Source of the DNA: Candidatus Omnitrophota bacterium | Lineage (GTDB): Bacteria > Omnitrophota > Gorgyraeia > Zapsychrales > Aceulaceae | Assembly: GCA_029564765.1 (NCBI GenBank) | Contig: JAKQPK010000059.1 | Span: forward strand, 1-50,770 | Reading direction: 5' to 3' | Length of the DNA: 50,770 nt | Shown here: positions 38,837 through 47,063 of the stretch, piece after piece | How positions within the stretch are numbered: position 1 is the first letter of the stretch | Layout of the letters: each line of letters begins with the position of its first letter | The notes under the pieces: generated by a model | Database searches by the model: none | Told to the model about the DNA's origin: nothing | Seen by the model: only the letters and a program-made list of their open reading frames with translations | Made by a program: the position numbers and the translations under genes

Positions 38837-38864
38837 AACATAGCACAAGATCGTGAAATGTCAA
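38837..38864 (-). promoter_or_regulatory. Candidate promoter for rlpA
   Basis: Minus strand: TTGACA (38864-38859), a 16-nt spacer, then TATGTT (38842-38837). Confidence 0.35.
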
Positions 38865-38881
38865 GCTTGGTGTTTTAAGGC

Positions 38882-39235
38882 CTATGCCCGGCTTTTGCTT
38901 AATTCAACAGAGACGTATTTGGCGTTCTTAATCGCCTTTGCTTTATAACCGATGACCGTAGCTTTTGTGATCTTAGGGTCCTGAAGAACGGTTTTAAGAA
39001 CAAATGCTGTTAAGGCTTCTAGAAGAAAGAAGGTTGATGTGGATATAGAATTGATAATATTTGTCGCTACTTGTTCATAATCAACAGCTTGCGATATATC
39101 GTCTTGGCAGGATGCCTGCTGGGTGTCATATTCAAAGATAATATCAAAAAAGATGTCTTGCTTTTTAAGGCGTTCCTGGGGTTTTGTGCCAAGAATGACA
39201 GACGTTCTAAGTTTTTTGATTTTGATGGTTGCCAT
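38882..39235 (-). CDS. folB: Dihydroneopterin aldolase family protein
   Basis: 117 aa. The FolB-like pattern is (I.I..L....ILG....ER...Q.....I.FEYD......DDIS.AVDYE.V). It lies immediately downstream of folE. Confidence 0.7.
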   Translation of the reverse strand: MATIKIKKLRTSVILGTKPQERLKKQDIFFDIIFEYDTQQASCQDDISQAVDYEQVATNIINSISTSTFFLLEALTAFVLKTVLQDPKITKATVIGYKAKAIKNAKYVSVELSKSRA

Positions 39236-39240
39236 AAGGC

Positions 39241-39780
39241 TTATTTGATCAAGCTTAAAAATTCGGCTCGGGTGGAAATTTCTTTGTGGAAGGAGCCGAG
39301 CATGCAGGATGTTTTCATTACAGAGTTCTGTTTTTCAACTCCCCGCATCATCATACATAGATGCTGGGCCTCTATGACCACCCCTATACCAGAGCATTGC
39401 GTGTATTTCATGATCGTTTCAGCAATCTGTTTGGTAAGATTTTCCTGGATCTGCAGCCTGCGGGCGTAAAAATCCACGATTCGAGCGATCTTGGAGAGCC
39501 CAAGGATCTTTCCTTTAGGTATATAGCCTACGTGGCACTTGCCAAAGAACGGTAAAAGATGATGTTCGCACAGCGAGTACATTTCAATATCTTTAACGAC
39601 CACCATTTCATCGCTATTTGACTGAAAAATAGCCCCATTAATAACCTTATCGATATCTTGGGTGTATCCCTTGGTAAGATACTGAAAGGCTTCCGCAGCC
39701 CTTTTGGGAGTATCTTTGAGGCCTTGGCGGTCGACATCTTCGCCAACGGATTTGATAAGTTCTTTATATAGATTTCGCAT
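39241..39780 (-). CDS. folE: GTP cyclohydrolase I
   Basis: 179 aa. [18 protein letters not shown] zinc/active-site motif and RLQIQE. Confidence 0.95.
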   Translation of the reverse strand: MRNLYKELIKSVGEDVDRQGLKDTPKRAAEAFQYLTKGYTQDIDKVINGAIFQSNSDEMVVVKDIEMYSLCEHHLLPFFGKCHVGYIPKGKILGLSKIARIVDFYARRLQIQENLTKQIAETIMKYTQCSGIGVVIEAQHLCMMMRGVEKQNSVMKTSCMLGSFHKEISTRAEFLSLIK

Positions 39781-39807
39781 GATCGTAGTTTCCTTTAAGG
39801 ATAGTGG

Positions 39808-39836
39808 AATATAGCATAGCTATTTTTGCCTGTCAA
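39808..39836 (-). promoter_or_regulatory. Candidate promoter for folE-folB
   Basis: Minus strand: TTGACA (39836-39831), a 17-nt spacer, then TATATT (39813-39808). The -35 is one arm of the palindrome TGTCAAA-N8-TTTGACA (39831-39852). Confidence 0.4.
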
Positions 39837-39858
39837 ACGAACTCTTTTGACATAATTG

Positions 39859-39886
39859 TTGTTATCTTGATCTGTTTTGTTATAAT
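39859..39886 (+). promoter_or_regulatory. Candidate extended -10 promoter for the PHP phosphatase gene; near-leaderless
   Basis: TTGTTA (39859-64), a 16-nt spacer ending in TGt, then TATAAT (39881-86). The ATG at 39895 is only 8 nt after the -10, and no SD is present. Confidence 0.4.
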
Positions 39887-39894
39887 ATCGCCCT

Positions 39895-40701
39895 ATGGAA
39901 CCTATTGTTGACTATCACATGCATACGTTTTTGTGCGGCCACGCGATCGGAGAGCCGCAGGAATACGTAGAGCAAGCTCTCGCGCTTGGCCTTCAAGAGA
40001 TCGGATTTTCCGATCACGCGCCATTGGTCTCACATGAGGACCCGTCCATTACGATGAGCTTTGAACAGCTTCCCCGCTATCAGCAGATGCTTGAGGTTTT
40101 GCGAGATCAATACGCGGACAAAGGGATCACCGTGCGTGTTGGGATCGAGGCGGATTTTATCCCTGGATATGAAGAAAAGACCAAGGCAATTTTAGACGCT
40201 TACCCTTATGACTATGTCTACGGCTCTGTTCATTTTATCGGCGATTTTGCTTTTGATAATCCAACCCAGAAAGAACGCCTGAAGACGAACAATATCAATA
40301 AAGTTTATCTTGATTATCATACCCTGCTGCGCAAAAGCGCGGCCTCAGGCCTTTTTGATGTAATGGCGCATGTGGACTTGGTTAAAAAGTTCGGTGACCG
40401 CCCAACGGAAGACCTGACCCCTGAGATCGAAAAGACCGCTCAGATATTCAAGAGATCCGGTGTCGTGATCGAGATCAATTCTTCGGGCTTGCGTAAACCT
40501 GTCCGTGAAATATACCCATCATTGGCCGATCTCGCTATTTATTGCCAGGCAGGGGTTCCTATTACCTTCGGTTCTGACGCTCACGCGCCAGCTGAAGTTG
40601 GATATGGGCTCAAGGACGCTTATATTTTAGCGAAGACAGCCGGCTACAAAGAATATGTCATGTTCGAAAAGCGCCAGATCGCGCGCAGAATCAAGATCTA
40701 G
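39895..40701 (+). CDS. Histidinol-phosphatase, PHP (HisJ/HisK) family
   Basis: 268 aa. DYHMHT..CGHA N-terminal metal motif, ..FSDHAP.., ..GSVHF.., ..AHVDL.., ..GSDAH... Confidence 0.85.
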   Translation: MEPIVDYHMHTFLCGHAIGEPQEYVEQALALGLQEIGFSDHAPLVSHEDPSITMSFEQLPRYQQMLEVLRDQYADKGITVRVGIEADFIPGYEEKTKAILDAYPYDYVYGSVHFIGDFAFDNPTQKERLKTNNINKVYLDYHTLLRKSAASGLFDVMAHVDLVKKFGDRPTEDLTPEIEKTAQIFKRSGVVIEINSSGLRKPVREIYPSLADLAIYCQAGVPITFGSDAHAPAEVGYGLKDAYILAKTAGYKEYVMFEKRQIARRIKI

Positions 40702-41659
40702 TTTTTCGGCAGGACTTTAAGATCTCTTCCAAAGCTTTTTTTACCGTTGCGGTTCTTAGGATCCTATCCTGTTCGTTGACGCACATCTCCCATCTAGGCC
40801 CTTCCTTTTTGATAAGAACAGAAAATCGTTGCGTCAGGTTCTCTTCCGCTGTCAGTATGCCGACCTTAGCGGTCTTTCGCTTGGCATCGAGATCAAAGTA
40901 TTTAAAGATAATACTTTTTGGCCCTGTGATGGACTTGAACTTGCAGGCCTTCGGGTCGAATGTCGCGCATGAAAGGGTTCCCAGCGTGTATTCTTTTTTC
41001 GCGAGGATTTTTTTGTGTGTCTTTTTGATGAAGACAAGTTGAAAGAATTTCTTTTGGCCTTCTTCTTTCCATTTACGCTCGAAACGCGTGTGGAATTGCG
41101 GTTTGATATGATGCTTTTTCAGCTGAAATCCGGCATCTTTGTTTTGTTTGAGGATCCAATCAAAGTAAGGCTTATAGTCGGTGGTGACCATGAATGTACC
41201 GCCTAGATTAAGGCGATTGTTTGCAAGCCTTAAGAATTTCGTATTGAACAGCCGATGGCGGTAATGCCTTTTTTTTGGCCAGGGAAACGGAAAAAGCGCG
41301 TAAATTTCCGCAAGGCTGTTCTTTTCAAATAAATATTCCAGAGCGATCGTTGCATGGATCTTGAGAAGCCGCACGTTACTCAGTTTCTGAGCGGCGATGC
41401 GCTTAAGCGTTTTGCGGATAAGCCCCCCGCTGATCTCAATGCCGATAAAATCTTTGCCAGGATTCTTTTTCGCGGACGCGATCAGATATTCGCCGTCGCC
41501 AAATCCGATCTCAACAACAAGCGGTGCTTGACGGCCAAAGATATTCTGCCAAGAAATGGGCCTTGGAAGCTCAAGGTGTTGGAGAAAAAAACGATCAATA
41601 GCGGGATCGGATGTAGTTTTCAATGATGCGAAAGAATTGTTGTTCAAGGGTTTTGCCAT
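40691..41659 (-). CDS. trmB: tRNA (guanine46-N7)-methyltransferase with ~110-aa C-terminal extension
   Basis: VVEIGFGDGEY SAM motif and FPFPWPKKRHYRHR signature. The start is uncertain: ATG 41659 was chosen, and the track ORF runs to 41773. Any ATG start overlaps the ispG 3' end by at least 65 nt. Confidence 0.8.
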   Translation of the reverse strand: MAKPLNNNSFASLKTTSDPAIDRFFLQHLELPRPISWQNIFGRQAPLVVEIGFGDGEYLIASAKKNPGKDFIGIEISGGLIRKTLKRIAAQKLSNVRLLKIHATIALEYLFEKNSLAEIYALFPFPWPKKRHYRHRLFNTKFLRLANNRLNLGGTFMVTTDYKPYFDWILKQNKDAGFQLKKHHIKPQFHTRFERKWKEEGQKKFFQLVFIKKTHKKILAKKEYTLGTLSCATFDPKACKFKSITGPKSIIFKYFDLDAKRKTAKVGILTAEENLTQRFSVLIKKEGPRWEMCVNEQDRILRTATVKKALEEILKSCRKTRS

Positions 41660-42794
41660 GGAGCGTTGTTGCCAGCTTCCCATCGATGTAGACCGCGGCC
41701 TGATCGGTCTCGCCTTGTCCTGGAAGGGACAGGCCGATGTCAGCGTGCTTGCTTTCCCCGGGGCCATTGACAATGCATCCCATCACGGCGATCTTGAGCT
41801 GGTTGATCTTTTTATTTTTAGCCTGCCAAGCCGATTGCCTCTTGTCGATATAGTTTTTTGTTCGCTGGGCCAATTGTTCAAAATATTGATTCGCGGTCCG
41901 TCCACACCCAGGACAGCTGATCACGGTTGGCGTGAAATAGCGCGATCCCAGCGCCTGCAAAAGCTCTTTACAATAGAGCACTTCTTCCCAGCGAGGATGG
42001 CCTGGTTGCGGCGTAAGCGAAACGCGGAGCGTATCACCAATACCCTGCTGCAAAAGGATCGCAAGGGCGCTGACGCTTGTGGTGATACCGCGTGCGCCAG
42101 AACCGGCTTCTGTTAGCCCTAAGTGAAGCACGTAAGAGCAGCGCTTAGCAAGATCTTGATAGACCGCGAGCATATCTTCAACAGAGGACATTTTAACGCT
42201 CAAGACGATCTTGTTATCGCCAAGGCCTAATCGCTGGGCTAATTGAGCGTTTTTAAGCGCGCTTTCTACCATGGCCAGACGAAGGATCTTGTTGGGGTCG
42301 CGTGTTCTTTGCGCGTGCTTTTTTGCGACCGCGCTCAGCAGCTCCGCGTCGATCGAACCCGCGTTCACACCGATACGTACGGGTTTCTTGTTTTTGATCG
42401 CGATGCGGATCATTTGGGCGAAGTGGTCGGTTTTGTCCTTGCCTCTGCCAAGATTCCCTGGATTGATGCGGTATTTATCGAGCAGTTTTGCCATACGTGG
42501 AAATCGCGCGAGCAGAAGATGTCCATTGTAATGAAAATCCCCAACGATCGGAGCTGTGTATCCCTGGCGCCGTAGCTGAAGGATGATCTTTTCGCAGGCC
42601 GCGGCCGCTTTTTCATCATTGATGGTCACGCGGACAATATCGCTTCCCTGATCGAAAAGAAGTTTGATCTGCGCGAGCGTCTGGGTGATATTCGCCGTTG
42701 GCGTATTGGTCATGGATTGGACCGCGATAGGATGCGCGCTTCCGATCTTGACATTGCCGATCGTCACTGTAGGGGTTTTTCGTCGAATGATCAT
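41595..42794 (-). CDS. ispG: 4-hydroxy-3-methylbut-2-en-1-yl diphosphate synthase
   Basis: 399 aa. VKIGSAHPIAVQSMTNT, and Fe-S cysteines in ISCPGCGRT and VMGCIVNGPGE. Confidence 0.95.
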   Translation of the reverse strand: MIIRRKTPTVTIGNVKIGSAHPIAVQSMTNTPTANITQTLAQIKLLFDQGSDIVRVTINDEKAAAACEKIILQLRRQGYTAPIVGDFHYNGHLLLARFPRMAKLLDKYRINPGNLGRGKDKTDHFAQMIRIAIKNKKPVRIGVNAGSIDAELLSAVAKKHAQRTRDPNKILRLAMVESALKNAQLAQRLGLGDNKIVLSVKMSSVEDMLAVYQDLAKRCSYVLHLGLTEAGSGARGITTSVSALAILLQQGIGDTLRVSLTPQPGHPRWEEVLYCKELLQALGSRYFTPTVISCPGCGRTANQYFEQLAQRTKNYIDKRQSAWQAKNKKINQLKIAVMGCIVNGPGESKHADIGLSLPGQGETDQAAVYIDGKLATTLHGKTLEQQFFRIIENYIRSRY

Positions 42795-42828
42795 GGAGTT
42801 TAAAAGTATTTCAACCGTGAATAAAAAG

Positions 42829-42837
42829 TGTTATAAT
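42829..42837 (+). promoter_or_regulatory. Candidate extended -10 element (TGtTATAAT) for ispH
   Basis: TG (42829-30), t, then TATAAT (42832-37). This is 36 nt upstream of the ispH ATG, with SD-like GGAAAGAG at 42852-59. Confidence 0.35.
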
Positions 42838-42845
42838 TTCACCCA

Positions 42846-42874
42846 ATTATACGGAAAGAGAAAATTTATTGCAA
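42846..42874 (-). promoter_or_regulatory. Candidate promoter for ispG
   Basis: Minus strand: TTGCAA (42874-42869), a 17-nt spacer, then TATAAT (42851-42846). It is back-to-back with the ispH -10 element. Confidence 0.35.
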
Positions 42875-43794
42875 TGGAAATATATTTAGCCCATACGCAA
42901 GGTTTTTGCGCTGGTGTATCGCGCGCGATCACGATCGTTGATCAGGCGCTTAAGAAATACGGCCCGCCGCTTTTTGTCTACCATGAGATCGTTCATAACA
43001 AATCCGTTGTCAGTGATTTTAAGTCAAAAGGCGTCACCTTTGTCGACACCCTTGAGGGTGTGCCGCAAGGCGCGCGTCTGATTTTTAGCGCTCATGGTGT
43101 TTCCCCGTCTGTCATCAAAGAGGCGCAAAAAAAGAATATCCAATTCATCGACGCGACCTGTCCTTTGGTGGGGCGTATTCATCGACGGGCTGAGGAATTC
43201 TCGAAAAAAGGTACCCACGTTGTCCTGATCGGCCATCGAAAACACGAAGAAGTTGTCGGGACACAAGGATATGTCGCCAACGACCTTCTTCACGTCGTTG
43301 AGAAAGAAAAGGATATCGAGAGCCTTTCTTTGCCGACGGACACACCTGTTGGGTTTGTGACCCAGACGACCCTTTCCAAGGATGACACCCAGTCCATTGT
43401 TGAAGCGTTGCATAAAAAATATCCAGCGCTTATCATGCCTGTTGCCAGCGATATTTGTTACGCGACACAAAATCGGCAAGACGCCGTAAAAGAACTGTGC
43501 AAGGCTTGTGATATCATTATTATTTGCGGCTCCCCTAACAGTTCAAATAGCCAAAGGCTTCGCGAGACCGCTCAAAAACACAATGTCGAAAGTATCTTGA
43601 TCGATAAGGCCGATGAATTGAATATCGCGCTTCTTGACCATGTCCGTCGTGTAGGTATTAGCTCCGGGGCTTCTGTTCCGGAATACATCGTGGCCGGTGT
43701 TATTGAAAAGATCACGCGATGCTGCCAGGTGTCCAAGGTCCATCGCTCAGAAAGCCCAGAAAAAGAATTAACATTTTCCTTACCTAAAATTTGA
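42874..43794 (+). CDS. ispH: 4-hydroxy-3-methylbut-2-enyl diphosphate reductase
   Basis: 306 aa from ATG 42874: MEIYLAHTQGFCAGVSRAI, HEIVHN, ..ATCPLV... The track ORF start (42664) lies inside ispG on the opposite strand. Confidence 0.95.
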   Translation: MEIYLAHTQGFCAGVSRAITIVDQALKKYGPPLFVYHEIVHNKSVVSDFKSKGVTFVDTLEGVPQGARLIFSAHGVSPSVIKEAQKKNIQFIDATCPLVGRIHRRAEEFSKKGTHVVLIGHRKHEEVVGTQGYVANDLLHVVEKEKDIESLSLPTDTPVGFVTQTTLSKDDTQSIVEALHKKYPALIMPVASDICYATQNRQDAVKELCKACDIIIICGSPNSSNSQRLRETAQKHNVESILIDKADELNIALLDHVRRVGISSGASVPEYIVAGVIEKITRCCQVSKVHRSESPEKELTFSLPKI

Positions 43795-43795
43795 T

Positions 43796-44740
43796 ATGGC
43801 AAACCCTTTTGATGCAGCCCAATTTTCTTTAGAAACCAATATCCCCGCTGACCAAGGCCCCTTTTTGTCACGTTATACGACTTTTCAGCTTGGCGGAAGA
43901 TGTCCGGCGGTTATTCTCTGTTCAAGCGCGCAAGAACTCAAGACCGCTATTGGATATCTTGGGGCGCATCAGATGGATCATTTTTTGGTTTTAGGTGAAG
44001 GATCCAACGTCCTGATATCGGATGACGGGCTGGATCAGGTCGTGATCCGGTATTTCTCGGATACCGCGCACTACGAGCGTGACGGCGAGGATATTGTCGC
44101 TGAGGCTTCTTCGAGGATCGATCATTTGGCGTTTAGTTGTGCCAAGGAAGGTTTGGCGGGATTAGAGTTCGCCTCAGGGATCCCCGGCAGCCTGGCTGGC
44201 GCGGTCGTTGGTAATGCCGGCGCTTTTGGACAGGAGATCTGTTCGTGCGTTGACGCTGTCGAGGTCATTGACTGTCTCGGCCGCGCGAGAACCATACGTT
44301 TAGAAGAATGCGGATTTTCTTATCGTCATTCACGCTTCCAGGACGGCAAAGAGATCATTACGCGTGTTCGCTTACGGCTTAAAGAAGATCATTCTCAGGA
44401 CCTGCTGAAAGAAAGGCAAAGGATCTTGCGCGAGCGAAGGGAAAAACATCCCAATTACCATCGCTTGCCTTGCGCCGGAAGTTTCTTTAAAAATATTGAG
44501 CCGTCACTGGCTGGACAGCGACGTCAAGCGGCTGGACTGTTGCTCGATCAAATTGGCGCCAAGCAGATGTCCGTTGGCGGTGCCGCCGTTTTTGAGAAGC
44601 ACGCGAACATGATCGTTAAAAGGTCCCCGGGTTGTACCGCGCGCGATGTTCATCTTTTATCGCGCCAGATGCAGGAAGCGGTCCAGCAAAAATTTGGGAT
44701 CTCTTTAAGCCCGGAAGTGCGGCTGATCGGAAGGTTTTAA
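43796..44740 (+). CDS. murB: UDP-N-acetylenolpyruvoylglucosamine reductase
   Basis: 314 aa. FAD-binding N-terminal part (YTTFQLGGRC.., LGEGSNVL), GLEFASGIPGSLAGAV and GSFFKN. Confidence 0.92.
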   Translation: MANPFDAAQFSLETNIPADQGPFLSRYTTFQLGGRCPAVILCSSAQELKTAIGYLGAHQMDHFLVLGEGSNVLISDDGLDQVVIRYFSDTAHYERDGEDIVAEASSRIDHLAFSCAKEGLAGLEFASGIPGSLAGAVVGNAGAFGQEICSCVDAVEVIDCLGRARTIRLEECGFSYRHSRFQDGKEIITRVRLRLKEDHSQDLLKERQRILRERREKHPNYHRLPCAGSFFKNIEPSLAGQRRQAAGLLLDQIGAKQMSVGGAAVFEKHANMIVKRSPGCTARDVHLLSRQMQEAVQQKFGISLSPEVRLIGRF

Positions 44741-44754
44741 AGGTCTGCTACATC

Positions 44755-44997
44755 TTAAGCTACGCTGACCTTGATCTCAGGGCTGTAGCGTTCCTTAAGG
44801 ACCTCTTGGATCATCATCAACGTCCCCATCTTCGCGTGCGGACAGCCGCCGCAAGCGCCTTGATAGTCGATCGTCAAAAGATTATCCTTAAAGTCAACGA
44901 CCTTCAGGTCCCCTCCATCCCTTTGCAGGAATGGGCGGATCTCATGGTCAATAATGCTGTTGATCTTTTCAAGTTCAGGGTTTGATTCGATTGTCAT
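44755..44997 (-). CDS. NifU C-terminal-domain (Nfu-type) Fe-S cluster protein
   Basis: 80 aa. IRPFLQRDGGDL..V......L.I..QGACGGCPHA. Confidence 0.85.
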   Translation of the reverse strand: MTIESNPELEKINSIIDHEIRPFLQRDGGDLKVVDFKDNLLTIDYQGACGGCPHAKMGTLMMIQEVLKERYSPEIKVSVA

Positions 44998-45035
44998 AAA
45001 AGAACTCCTTTAATGGTCAATTGATTGAGGCCTTA

Positions 45036-45215
45036 TCATCCAAGCAATTTATCCCCAACCGCCCAGCTCTCGCCTTGCACCTCGTCAAAGGCGATGTAGG
45101 TCGCGTCCTTAGGCTTATTCGCGACCTTCAGAAGTGTTTCTGAGATCTCTTTGGCGATCTGCTGTTTTTGTTCTTTGGTCAGTTTTCCGACAACGCGGAC
45201 GTTCACGTAGGGCAT
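45036..45215 (-). CDS. 4-oxalocrotonate tautomerase family protein
   Basis: 59 aa from ATG 45215: MPYVNVRVVGKLTKEQKQQIAKEISETL.., with the catalytic Pro1 after Met removal. Confidence 0.8.
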   Translation of the reverse strand: MPYVNVRVVGKLTKEQKQQIAKEISETLLKVANKPKDATYIAFDEVQGESWAVGDKLLG

Positions 45216-45216
45216 A

Positions 45217-45810
45217 TTATTTTTGCTCCTTTGATAATAGAAAGATGCCGATATTCGCAAAAACATTTGGAAAAAATGTCACGCGCGAATTTTTCACGAT
45301 GGCGATCTCTTTTTGAATGTGGATATTCCGCGCTCGGCAGAACAAGCGAAAATCTTTTAAACTTAAAAAACGCAAGTTCGGTGTATCGTACCATTGATAC
45401 GGCAGTTCATCGGTCACAGGGACTTTTCCGCGAAAGCAGATCTGATAGCGCGCGTAGAGTTGGCAAAAATTTGGGATACCGACAATAACGTTTTTGCCTA
45501 CGCGTAAGGCTTCCAAGATCACTTTTTCTGGATGCAAGACCTGCTGCAAACTTTCATAAAGGATGACATAGTCAAAGCGTTTATCCGCGTAATCCGCGAG
45601 CTCATGGTCAATGTCCCCATGAACCACCGTTAACCCTTTTTCCACGCAAGAATAAATAGCTTTTTCATCAAGCTCAATACCCATGCCGCGCGTTTGTTTG
45701 CGATCACGCAAAAGAGCCAAAAGCTCCCCATCCCCGCATCCTAGATCAAGGACGCGAGTACCGCAAGCGACAAGGTCGGCGATGATCGTATAATCTAAGC
45801 GCGCTGTCAT
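45217..45810 (-). CDS. metW: Methionine biosynthesis protein MetW
   Basis: 197 aa. [12 protein letters not shown] methyltransferase-like motif. ATGA overlap with the metX stop. This is the classic metXW pair. Confidence 0.9.
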   Translation of the reverse strand: MTARLDYTIIADLVACGTRVLDLGCGDGELLALLRDRKQTRGMGIELDEKAIYSCVEKGLTVVHGDIDHELADYADKRFDYVILYESLQQVLHPEKVILEALRVGKNVIVGIPNFCQLYARYQICFRGKVPVTDELPYQWYDTPNLRFLSLKDFRLFCRARNIHIQKEIAIVKNSRVTFFPNVFANIGIFLLSKEQK

Positions 45811-46886
45811 GCGTGCCCCTTTTTTTCTTTGCGCACCTTTTTTAAGAAATTCTTAACCAGGCTTTCTTGTTCATTGCATTCGATCAGGAAAGAATCGTGG
45901 CCATAAGAGCTGTTGATCTCACAGCTGGTGACATCAACATCGTTGATCTTCAACGCCTTGATCATATCCTTAAGCTGGTGTGTCGGGTACAACCAATCTG
46001 ATGTGAACGTCAGGACCAAAAAGAACTCTGCTGTACGTTTAAAGACCTCAACTAAACTCTTGTTTTCCGCGAGATTAAAATAATCCGCGGCCTTGGTGAT
46101 ATATAGGTATGAATTCGCGTCAAACCTTTGGACAAAGCTATCCCCTCGATATTTCAGGTATCCTTCGACCTGAAAATCTTGAGAAAAATCAAAACCGACC
46201 CGTTCTTTATCGATCAGTTGACGGCCAAATTTATTATCCATGGATTCAGCGCTCATGTACGTGATGTGCCCGACCATGCGCGCCAGCGCGACCCCGTTGG
46301 AGGGGTTGACCTTTCCATAATAATCGCCGTTGTTCCAGTTGGGGTCTGACATGATCGCCTGACGTCCAACCTCATGGAACGCGATCTGTTGGGCTGTGTG
46401 CCCTGTGTTGGTCGCGATCACAATAGCGGATCGCACCGTCTCAGGAAAAAGAACGCTCCATTCTAAAACTTGCATACCGCCAATTGACCCGCCGGCCACA
46501 GATAACAATTTTTTTATTCCCAAGTGATCAATGAGATATTTTTGCGCGACGACCATATCTTTAATGGTCACCACTGGAAAACTCAAACCGTAAGGTTTTT
46601 TAGTTTGCGGGTCGATAGAGGCCGGGCCTGTGCTTCCCTTGCATCCGCCGATGATATTCGAGCAAATAATGAAATATTCGTTGGTGTCAAGCGCCTTGCC
46701 CGGGCCGATCATGACATCCCACCAGCCGGGCTTTTTATCCCCCGCGTGATAGCCAGCGGCATGCGCGTCCCCAGATAGCGCGTGGCAGATCAAGATCGCG
46801 TTGGATCGATCAGCGTTCAGGGTTCCGTACGTTTCGTAGGCGAGCGTGATCGGCCCTAACTTCAGGCCGCTTTGAAGCGTGAGCAT
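45807..46886 (-). CDS. metX: Homoserine O-acetyltransferase (coordinates to the first ATG; true start probably upstream, see findings)
   Basis: [24 protein letters not shown], and nucleophile context GGSIGGMQ. The in-frame 19 codons upstream (to 46943) encode a conserved-looking [19 protein letters not shown]. Confidence 0.9.
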   Translation of the reverse strand: MLTLQSGLKLGPITLAYETYGTLNADRSNAILICHALSGDAHAAGYHAGDKKPGWWDVMIGPGKALDTNEYFIICSNIIGGCKGSTGPASIDPQTKKPYGLSFPVVTIKDMVVAQKYLIDHLGIKKLLSVAGGSIGGMQVLEWSVLFPETVRSAIVIATNTGHTAQQIAFHEVGRQAIMSDPNWNNGDYYGKVNPSNGVALARMVGHITYMSAESMDNKFGRQLIDKERVGFDFSQDFQVEGYLKYRGDSFVQRFDANSYLYITKAADYFNLAENKSLVEVFKRTAEFFLVLTFTSDWLYPTHQLKDMIKALKINDVDVTSCEINSSYGHDSFLIECNEQESLVKNFLKKVRKEKKGHA

Positions 46887-46940
46887 GTTGGGAGGCTGGG
46901 CGAACGTAAAATATTTTGTCTCAACAATACCTAAATTTTC

Positions 46941-46955
46941 GATGGGAAACTCCTC
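46941..46955 (-). promoter_or_regulatory. SD GAGGAG plus in-frame ATC: candidate non-canonical translation start of metX
   Basis: Minus strand: GAGGAG (46955-46950), a 6-nt spacer, then ATC (46943-46941) in the metX frame. The ATG at 46886 has no SD (upstream sequence is CAGCCTCCCAAC). Confidence 0.4.
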
Positions 46956-47063
46956 AAATGAGCTCCGTCAACGGCGGAGCGAATTTGCCCCAGCGAACAA
47001 CAGTAAGCGCGGGGTTTCATTTACCGAAATAATGCCAAATCATAACACACCACCACAAGAGTG

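Noticed and set aside
42664-42873. 70-codon N-terminal extension of the ispH ORF.
   Set aside because: It overlaps ispG on the opposite strand. The conserved IspH N-terminus (MEIYLAHTQGFCAGV) begins at ATG 42874, which has its own SD-like sequence.
46962-47030. SAM-I riboswitch in the metX leader, suggested by AUGAAACCCC and GGGGCAAAUUC, which resemble SAM-I core strings.
   Set aside because: The 5' half of the SAM-I core (AUC.AGAG.GG..GAGGGA k-turn region) and a P1 helix are not present. I keep only a low-confidence 'structured leader' note, pending an Infernal scan.
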